Below are positions 57,290 to 64,000 of a stretch of DNA of 64,000 nt, in pieces. The stretch's first letter is position 1, and each line of letters opens with the position of its first letter. The notes below the pieces were generated by a model, which saw nothing but the letters and a program-made list of their open reading frames with translations, was not told the DNA's origin and did no database searches. Made by a program: the position numbers and the translations under genes. Source of the DNA: Halorussus marinus (GTDB lineage: Archaea; Halobacteriota; Halobacteria; Halobacteriales; Haladaptataceae); NCBI RefSeq assembly GCF_004765795.1, contig NZ_SBIV01000001.1:496001-560000 (forward strand), in the 5' to 3' direction.

Positions 57290-58111
57290 TCAGCCGTGCG
57301 AGACGCCGTCGCGGGACTCGGCCTTGAGCCGACGGAGCGCGGCCCGCGCGTTCGAGGCGTCGTAGCCGAACAGCACCGTCTCGGCGTACGCGTCGGCGAC
57401 CTCCGCGGCGTGGATCAGGTTGTCGACGTCGACGTCGACCGCGTAGAGCTCGACGCTGAAGGGGGCGTCGAGCGCGTCTTCGAACCCGCTGGCGATTGTT
57501 TCGAGCCAGTAGGTGGTGGTGTAGGCCATGTCGTACAGCGGAACCACGAACTCGTCGACGTACTCGGCGAGCGCATCGAGGTCGAGGCCCGCCCGCTCGT
57601 AGAGGTGGCCCGGGTACGGGTCGGGATAGAGCGTGAGGTACGTCCGGCCGGGGATCCGGTCGGCGGCCTCGGCGACGAACTCGGTGATAACGTCGGCGCG
57701 CCACGCGAAGCGATCGTCGAAGTCGCTGGCCTCGAACTGGGCGGTACAGCGCTCGCAGTGACAGTACTCGGCGCGCGGGAACCCGACGTCGTCGAGCCGC
57801 ACGTCGGGGTTCTGGGCGGCGGCGTCCGAGACGATCTCCAAGATTCCCTCGCGGTAGTCCGCGCGGGTCGGACAGACGTACGCCCAGTCGAAGTAGGGGC
57901 GCTCGCGGGTCGCGCGCTCGCCGTCCGCCGACACCGGCGCGAGCTCGGGGTCGGCCTCGACCGCGGCGTTGTCGCCGAAACACGAGATCATGTTCGTCCC
58001 GCCCGCCACGGGCTCGGCGGCCCGGCCGGTCACGTCCTTGACCTCGTAGAAGGCCGCGTCGAACTCCGACCACTCGAGCTCGTCCTCGTTGCGCGTCACG
58101 ACGCCGAACAT
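57290..58111 (-). CDS. Hypothetical TIM-barrel/glycoside-hydrolase-like protein
   Basis: YVCPT, VRLDD, YCHCERC and VPLY. Confidence 0.7.
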   Translation of the reverse strand: MFGVVTRNEDELEWSEFDAAFYEVKDVTGRAAEPVAGGTNMISCFGDNAAVEADPELAPVSADGERATRERPYFDWAYVCPTRADYREGILEIVSDAAAQNPDVRLDDVGFPRAEYCHCERCTAQFEASDFDDRFAWRADVITEFVAEAADRIPGRTYLTLYPDPYPGHLYERAGLDLDALAEYVDEFVVPLYDMAYTTTYWLETIASGFEDALDAPFSVELYAVDVDVDNLIHAAEVADAYAETVLFGYDASNARAALRRLKAESRDGVSHG

Positions 58112-58159
58112 ACCTCCGATTGCGCCCGAGACGGGGTAAGTGGTTCGCTCTCTGGCGAG

Positions 58160-58876
58160 TCACCCTCGATCGCAGCCGTCGGGCAGGCTCGCGTTCGCCG
58201 CCTCGGAACGTTCGATCGAGCCGACCGACCAGTCGGTCGCCTCGCCCCGGATGACGAGCGCCTCCTCGACGGTCCCGTTCTGGACCGTGATCGCCGGCAG
58301 GTCTCGGTCGTCGTCGGTCGTCCGACGGCTCGCCTCGGAGCGCTGGCCGAGCGTCGCGTCCCCACAGAGGACGGCGGCGTCCACGACGATGCGGTCGATG
58401 ACGACGCCCGATACCGTCTGATTTTGCGTCCAGTGGCGTTCGATGACCCGGTTCTGGACGTTCGGGTCGAAGAGGTCGCCGCCGGGCACGTCGAGCACCG
58501 ACCGGTTGCGCACGACGAGCGTCCGGGCGGTCACGTTCGTGAGCCGGCCGCGGTCGATGACGAACCGCCCCACCGAGGCGTTCGTGAGCGTGACGTTCTG
58601 GGTCGCCCCGTCGACGGTCGTCGCGTTGCGGACGACCACCTCGTCGATCGACGCGTTTCGCACCGTCGAGTTCCGGATCAGCCACGTCTCGACGGTGAGG
58701 TTCTGGAGCGACACCTTGTACTGGGCGGCGCGGTCGGTTCCGTCGGGAGCGCTCGCGTTCGCGGGATCGTCGGGCGTGTCGTCGTTCGGGACCGGACCCG
58801 CGCCCACCGCGACCCCCGCCCCGGCGATCGCGACGAGTACCGCCAGCGCGACCGCAGTCGTGACTCTCGTCTTCAT
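58160..58876 (-). CDS. Secreted glycoprotein with repetitive beta structure
   Basis: N-terminal signal peptide and about 12 NxS/T sequons. Confidence 0.75.
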   Translation of the reverse strand: MKTRVTTAVALAVLVAIAGAGVAVGAGPVPNDDTPDDPANASAPDGTDRAAQYKVSLQNLTVETWLIRNSTVRNASIDEVVVRNATTVDGATQNVTLTNASVGRFVIDRGRLTNVTARTLVVRNRSVLDVPGGDLFDPNVQNRVIERHWTQNQTVSGVVIDRIVVDAAVLCGDATLGQRSEASRRTTDDDRDLPAITVQNGTVEEALVIRGEATDWSVGSIERSEAANASLPDGCDRG

Positions 58877-58970
58877 TCGACGTTCCTACTCGGAGACGAC
58901 GGATAAACGAAAGCGACCGTTCCGACCGTTTTCGCGGGTAACCCCGCGTTGAGCCGCGAATAATTGGGAC

Positions 58971-59432
58971 TTATTCGACCGCGATGTGGGACGCCAGATC
59001 GTCGCGGACGATGGTCTCGCAGTACTCGCACCGAACCCCGTCTGCGAGCACGTCGAAGGCGGTCTCGACAGGCTCGTCGGCGTTCGTGATGCAGTTGCGG
59101 TTCGGACACGACAGGACTCCGACGACCCGGTCGGGCGATTCGAGTTGCTGTTTCTCGACCACCTCGTACTCGCGGACGATGTTGATCGTCGCCTCGGGCG
59201 CGATGAGCGACAGCACGTCCACCTCGTCCTGACTGAGCTCGCGGCCCTCGACTTTGACGATGTCTTTGCTCGCCATCCGGTCGCTCGGGACGTTCATCCC
59301 GACGCTGACCGTCTCGCCCGACGCCCCGCGGATGCCAAGGATCGCGAGGACGTTCAGCGCCTGTCCGGCGCGGATGTGGTCGATGACTGTACCGTCTCTG
59401 ATCTTGCTGACGCGGAGTTCGTGGTCGCTCAT
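58971..59432 (-). CDS. pyrI: Aspartate carbamoyltransferase regulatory chain
   Basis: GTVIDHI, CPNRNCI and CEYCE. Confidence 0.95.
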   Translation of the reverse strand: MSDHELRVSKIRDGTVIDHIRAGQALNVLAILGIRGASGETVSVGMNVPSDRMASKDIVKVEGRELSQDEVDVLSLIAPEATINIVREYEVVEKQQLESPDRVVGVLSCPNRNCITNADEPVETAFDVLADGVRCEYCETIVRDDLASHIAVE

Positions 59433-60343
59433 CGGTCTGCCTCCAGCAGTTGGTCGAGCAGTGCCATCCTGACCGGCACGCCGTTGTGGGCCTGCTCGAA
59501 GTAGGTCGCGTAGTCGGTCCCGTCCACCTCGGGCGCGATCTCGTCGACGCGCGGCAGCGGGTGCATCACCGTGAGGTCGTCGCGGGCCGACTCCAGCGTT
59601 TCGAGGTCGATGCCGTACTCGCCCGCCACCGCGCGGTACTCGTTTTCGTCGGGGAACCGCTCGCGCTGGATCCGGGTGACGTACAGCACGTCGAGGCTCG
59701 ACAGCACCGCGTCGAGGTCGGTGTGCTCCCGGACGTTCGCCCCCGAGTCGTGGAGGTCGTACCGGACGCTTCGGGGCAGTTTGAGGCTCTCGGGGCTGAC
59801 GAAGTGCTGGTCGGCGTCGAAGTTGGTGAGCGCGTACGCGAGCGAGTGGACGGTCCGACCGTACTTCAGATCGCCCATGATCCCGATCGTCAGGTCGTCG
59901 AGCCCCGCGTTCTCCCGGATGGTGTAGAGGTCGAGCAGGGTCTGGGTCGGATGGTGGCCCGCGCCGTCGCCGGCGTTGAGCAGCGGGACGTCGACGAACT
60001 CGCTGACCATCTTCGCGGCGCCCTCGCTGGGGTGGCGCAACACCAGCGCGTCGGCGTACCCTTCGACGACGCGGGCGGTGTCGGCGAGGCTCTCGCCTTT
60101 CGTGACCGACGACGACTCGACGGTGCCCATGTCGACGGCGTCGCCGCCGAGGCGCTTGATCGCCGTCTCGAAGCTCATCTTGGTGCGAGTGCTCGGCTCG
60201 TAGAAACACAGCCCCAGCACCGCGTCGCGGTGGCGGTCCCCGAACGCCGCCGGGTCGGCGTCGATCTCGGCCGCGCGGTCGAGTACCGACTCGATGTCGG
60301 CCCGTGAGAGCTGTTTCGCGGATGTGAGGTGGTCGTGCCGCAT
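59429..60343 (-). CDS. pyrB: Aspartate carbamoyltransferase catalytic chain
   Basis: EPSTRT, KGESL, HPTQ, RIQRER and HPLP. Confidence 0.96.
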   Translation of the reverse strand: MRHDHLTSAKQLSRADIESVLDRAAEIDADPAAFGDRHRDAVLGLCFYEPSTRTKMSFETAIKRLGGDAVDMGTVESSSVTKGESLADTARVVEGYADALVLRHPSEGAAKMVSEFVDVPLLNAGDGAGHHPTQTLLDLYTIRENAGLDDLTIGIMGDLKYGRTVHSLAYALTNFDADQHFVSPESLKLPRSVRYDLHDSGANVREHTDLDAVLSSLDVLYVTRIQRERFPDENEYRAVAGEYGIDLETLESARDDLTVMHPLPRVDEIAPEVDGTDYATYFEQAHNGVPVRMALLDQLLEADR

Positions 60344-60456
60344 CGGTAGTGGAATGCGCGGCGGCGTTCTTGAATCTCCCGGAGTGGTCTCGTGGCCGAC
60401 GCGGGCCGATCTCGCGCCCGCCCGGTCGGCGAGAATCGCGCCGACGGCGTCGGGAT

Positions 60457-61887
60457 TCAGCGGATCTCGACGTTGCGAAACTCGAATCTGGCGCCGCCCG
60501 TCCGCTCCTCGGTCGCCGTGACCGTCCACCCGTGGGCCTCCGCGATCCGTTTGACGATGCTGAGACCGAACCCCGTTCCGTCGGCCGACGACGACTCGCC
60601 GGGTTCGAAGATCACGCTCCGCCTGTCGGCCGGAATCCCCCGACCGTCGTCCTCGACGTAGATCGTTCGGGGTCCGTCGCGACCGACCCGGACGGTCACG
60701 TCCTCGCCGGCGTGTTCGGCGGCGTTGTGAAACAGGTTCTCGAAGACGTGACGCAGTCGATCCGGGTCGCCCCGGACCGTGAGGTCGTCTTCTATTTCGA
60801 GGCTCCCGTCCTCGAAGTCCACCACGCCCCAACAACACCCGAGCAGGTCGGTCAGCGAGACGGGCTCGGTGTCGCCGACCGCGGCGCCCTCTCTGGCGAG
60901 GACCAGCGTGTCCTCGATGATCGACTCGATCCGGTCGAGCGACCTCGCGAGCGGTTCGAGGTGGTCGCTCTCGAACTCCGCCCGGAGTAGCGCCGCCCGG
61001 CCTTGGGCCACGTTGAGCGGGTTCCGGACGTCGTGAGAGACCACGCTCGCGAACTCGTCGAGCCGGTCGTTCTTTCGGCGGAGTTCGCGCTCGCGCTCGA
61101 CCCGATCGGTGACGTTCCGGGCGATCCCGACGATCCGAACGATCTCGCCCTCGACGACGACCGGCGCGAGGTTGGTCTGCCAGAACCGCGCGTCCTCGGC
61201 GATCGACAGCTCCTCTTGGTAGGAGATCGGCTTGCGCCGGTCGACGCAGTTCTGATAGTTCGCCTCGAGCTCCGCGCCCCGTTCCTCGCCGAACACTTCC
61301 CGGGGCGTTTTCCCTTTCACCTCTTCGGTGGTCAGTCCCGTCTGGGTCTCGTATCCGGAACTGAGTTGCACGAACCGGAACTCGGTGTCCCCGTCGACCG
61401 ATTCGACGTCGAGGAGGAAGATGGCGTCGCCGGAGGTGTCGAGCAGCGCGCGATACTCCTCGGCGAGCTTCCGTTGGTTGCGCTCGCGCTCTTTGCGCTC
61501 GGTGATGTCGCGGCTGTTCACGAGGATGCCCTCGATGGCGTCGTGGTCGAGCCGGTTTCGCATCGTCGACTCGAGCCAACACCACGAGCCGTCGGCCCGC
61601 TCGAATCGGACTTCGACGGTCCGGGCCTCGTCGGGGTCGGCCCGAAGCGATTCGGTCTTCTCTGTGATCGCCTCGCGGTCGTCTCGATGGAGGTACTCGA
61701 TCGCGTTTTCACCGACAAGCTCGTCGGGCTCGTAACCCAGCACGCGCTCTACCGTAGCGCTCACGAACGTCACCGTCCCGTCCCGATCGAGGACCGCGGC
61801 CACGTCGTTCGAGTTCTCGATGAGTTCGCGGTACAGTTCGAGGTCGCGGCCGCCAACCCCCTCGTCGATCGTCCGCTCGTCGCTCAT
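60457..61887 (-). CDS. Cytoplasmic PAS-PAS sensor histidine kinase
   Basis: Two PAS domains, [19 protein letters not shown] and GTGFGL. Confidence 0.92.
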   Translation of the reverse strand: MSDERTIDEGVGGRDLELYRELIENSNDVAAVLDRDGTVTFVSATVERVLGYEPDELVGENAIEYLHRDDREAITEKTESLRADPDEARTVEVRFERADGSWCWLESTMRNRLDHDAIEGILVNSRDITERKERERNQRKLAEEYRALLDTSGDAIFLLDVESVDGDTEFRFVQLSSGYETQTGLTTEEVKGKTPREVFGEERGAELEANYQNCVDRRKPISYQEELSIAEDARFWQTNLAPVVVEGEIVRIVGIARNVTDRVERERELRRKNDRLDEFASVVSHDVRNPLNVAQGRAALLRAEFESDHLEPLARSLDRIESIIEDTLVLAREGAAVGDTEPVSLTDLLGCCWGVVDFEDGSLEIEDDLTVRGDPDRLRHVFENLFHNAAEHAGEDVTVRVGRDGPRTIYVEDDGRGIPADRRSVIFEPGESSSADGTGFGLSIVKRIAEAHGWTVTATEERTGGARFEFRNVEIR

Positions 61888-61906
61888 TGACTCGGTGTTT
61901 CGCTCA

Positions 61907-61955
61907 TGTCCATATAAGTTTATTATATCGACAAAAGTATGTTGGGTTTTCAACA
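61907..61955. promoter_or_regulatory. Two inverted repeats over the histidine kinase promoter
   Basis: TGTCCATATAA-GTTTA-TTATATCGACA (one mismatch) and TGTTG-N6-CAACA. Confidence 0.5.
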
Positions 61956-62027
61956 CTTAGGCTTCCCCGTTCGATCGGCTCGTCAAGCGTGGGACGCTCG
62001 ACCGTCGTCGCACCGATCACCGGCCGC

Positions 62028-62702
62028 TTACTCCCGGCCCCGGAGTTCGTCGAGCACGCCCAGCGTCGCCTCGGAGTACGACTCCTCGACCACCACGTCG
62101 GCCGCGCGCTTGGCTTTCGCGTCGGCGTTCGCGACCGCGTAGGAGTCGCCCGCGACGCCGAACGTCGAGACGTCGTTCTCCGAGTCGCCGATCGCGACGA
62201 ACTCCGCGGGGTCGCGATCGAGCAGTCGCGCGACCGACTTGAGCCCGCGGCCCTTCTCGATCCCCGCGGACTTGACGTGGTACGCGAAGCCGGTGTCGAC
62301 CACTTCGAGGCCGTGCTCGGCCGCGAGTTCTTCGAGGGGGCCCAGCGGCTGGTCGCGCGCGACCGCGATCTCGGTCTCGCGCCACCGGTTCGTGAGGTCG
62401 GCCGGCCCCCACCCGAGGTCGTGGCCCGCCTCGACGTACGCCTCGGCGACCCGGCGCGGGGCCTCGCCGTCGCCGTTCAGCGTCACCTCCCCGCGGGCGA
62501 GCACGACCCCGCCGTTCTCGGCGATGACGTTCTGTTCGAGGTACATGAAGTGACAGAGCGCGACGGGGTAGGGGAACGCCTTCCCGGTCGCGAGGACGAC
62601 CGGAGCGTCCCACTCGGGGAGGACGTCGAAAAAGCGCGGATCGACCGAGTCGTCGGGGCGGGTCATCGTGCCGTCGATGTCGAGGACGAGCGGGCGCGCC
62701 AT
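62028..62702 (-). CDS. HAD IIB phosphoglycolate phosphatase
   Basis: DIDGT, ATG, KGRG and GDSEND. Confidence 0.88.
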   Translation of the reverse strand: MARPLVLDIDGTMTRPDDSVDPRFFDVLPEWDAPVVLATGKAFPYPVALCHFMYLEQNVIAENGGVVLARGEVTLNGDGEAPRRVAEAYVEAGHDLGWGPADLTNRWRETEIAVARDQPLGPLEELAAEHGLEVVDTGFAYHVKSAGIEKGRGLKSVARLLDRDPAEFVAIGDSENDVSTFGVAGDSYAVANADAKAKRAADVVVEESYSEATLGVLDELRGRE

Positions 62703-62751
62703 GTCCCATCGAAGGCGAGTTGTCCACTAAAAACGGTCGTTCGGTCCGGGT

Positions 62752-63879
62752 TCAGCCGAGCGCCGGGACCCAGACGCTCTGGGGGAAGACCCCGAGGGCC
62801 GCCAGCACCGAGACGAGCAGGGTCGCGATCACGATGGCGGCGGCCGGCGGGTCGAAGTGGGTGTCGGCGTGGGCGTAGAAGACTCGCTGGACGACTTCGC
62901 CGGCGAGCGCGCTCACCACCCCGAACGCCGCCCCGACCGCGAGCGCCGACAGGAGCGGAATCGCGCTCGCGACCGCCGACGGCGGCGCCTGCGAGACCGC
63001 CATTCCGGCGGGCGCGAGCGCCAGCGCCGCCGTGCTCGCCGACAGGCTGATGTGGTGGGTGACCGGGGTCTGCTCGACGCCGAGATTCAGAAACAGCAGG
63101 CTCGCGGCGCTGATCCCGAACGCCAGAAACGGGCTCCCGGTCGAATACGCGACGTACGCCGCGAGGACGCCGACCACCAGCCCGAGGGTCGCGACCTCGA
63201 CCCACCGGTACTGGTGGGGGAGCCACGGCTCGACGACGAACCGGCCGGCGGGGGCCTCGGCGCCGGGGGCCGCGTCCGTGCCGCCGTCGGCCGCCGGGGC
63301 GTCACCGGCCACGCGCCGGTCGCCGTCCTCGAACGGCGCCATGTCGAGGAGCCCGCCCCTGACGTCGCCGACGAGGTCGTACCCGAACGCGAGCCGGTGG
63401 GCGACCGCCGACAGCACCACGCCCATCGCGATGGGGTCGTACGGGAGTCCGAGCGTCGACGAGCCGACGGTCAGCCAGTGGCCGAGCACGCCGAACGCGC
63501 CCCCGACCGCCAGCACGTCCGGGCGGCTCCCGTGTGCGATGGCGATGTTCTTGGCGTCGTGGTAGTCGAACGGCGCGTCGACGTACCCCCGCTCGGCGGC
63601 GTAGGCGGCCGCGGCCGCCCCGCCCGCGAAGCTGACCGCCGGCGAGAACGCGGGGCCGAACGCGACCGACCCGGTGAGACCGATCGCTCCGAGTTCGCCC
63701 GCCGCGGCGGGGTCGACGGCGCTCGCGACCGCCTTTCCGGCGAGGTTGGCCGTCTCGCCGGCGATTACGAGAAAGCCGGTGAACACGAACGCGGGGAGCG
63801 CCCCGAGGGCGGCGCCGAACGCGCCGCCCGCGAACGCCGCGAGCAGTATCTCGACCGTCCACAGCTCCGCCCACGCCAT
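62752..63879 (-). CDS. Polytopic membrane protein directly downstream of glpK, candidate glycerol transporter
   Basis: About 10 TM helices. Its ATG directly abuts the glpK stop codon. Confidence 0.7.
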   Translation of the reverse strand: MAWAELWTVEILLAAFAGGAFGAALGALPAFVFTGFLVIAGETANLAGKAVASAVDPAAAGELGAIGLTGSVAFGPAFSPAVSFAGGAAAAAYAAERGYVDAPFDYHDAKNIAIAHGSRPDVLAVGGAFGVLGHWLTVGSSTLGLPYDPIAMGVVLSAVAHRLAFGYDLVGDVRGGLLDMAPFEDGDRRVAGDAPAADGGTDAAPGAEAPAGRFVVEPWLPHQYRWVEVATLGLVVGVLAAYVAYSTGSPFLAFGISAASLLFLNLGVEQTPVTHHISLSASTAALALAPAGMAVSQAPPSAVASAIPLLSALAVGAAFGVVSALAGEVVQRVFYAHADTHFDPPAAAIVIATLLVSVLAALGVFPQSVWVPALG

Positions 63880-64000
63880 TCAGACGTCACCGCCGTCGCG
63901 AGCCCAGTCGCGCGAGCGCTCGACCGCCTCGCCCCACCGTTCGTACTTCGCGTCTGCCTCCTCGGCGTCGAGGCGGGGGGCGAACGACCGGTCGACCCGC
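63880..64000 (-). CDS. glpK: Glycerol kinase, C-terminal fragment
   Basis: RVDRSFAPRLDAEEADAKYERWGEAVERSRDWA resembles the GlpK C-terminus. Confidence 0.75.
   Translation of the reverse strand, partial: RVDRSFAPRLDAEEADAKYERWGEAVERSRDWARDGGDV

Noticed and set aside
61907..61933. A second dif-like site
   Set aside because: The spacer is 5 nt rather than 6 and it overlaps a TATA box, so an operator is more likely.
213..63874. Many long Arg/Pro/Gly-rich or antisense ORFs in the track (e.g. 26024-28732, 11809-13791, 35335-37845, 52216-54057)
   Set aside because: These are shadow frames of GC-rich genes. They lack motifs and acidic halophilic composition and overlap well-supported genes.

Overview
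GC-rich (roughly 70%) haloarchaeal chromosomal segment: acidic proteins, archaeal TATA promoters, Orc1/Cdc6 with G-string ORBs. It is mostly housekeeping and metabolic genes: fba-fbp, pyrBI, the 3' end of glpK, AOR+MoaD, thiolase+DUF35, acyl-CoA enzymes, dpsA, an Fe3+-type ABC transporter and a squalene synthase-like gene. No rRNA, tRNA, CRISPR array or IS transposase was recognised. Highlights: (1) a 44-aa secreted-peptide precursor missing from the ORF track (51521-51655) lies tail-to-tail with a CHAT/caspase-like protease whose C-terminal ~95 codons are anomalously low in GC, suggesting an archaeal peptide-signal/cognate-receptor protease cassette; (2) a symmetric dif-like 28-bp site with flanking inverted heptamers lies directly upstream of an RHH-like gene plus Xer recombinase; (3) two DtxR-type boxes put a plant RGP-like (GT75) sugar mutase in the same predicted iron regulon as an ABC transporter whose gene string continues into a GT-C transferase, facing a Dol-P-sugar synthase; (4) a replication origin with a perfect 27-bp inverted ORB pair precedes cdc6; (5) a 42-bp duplication of an acyl-CoA dehydrogenase 3' end resembles an att scar; (6) an RNA-ligase homologue lacks its catalytic residues. 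Family names come from recalled motifs, not from database searches.
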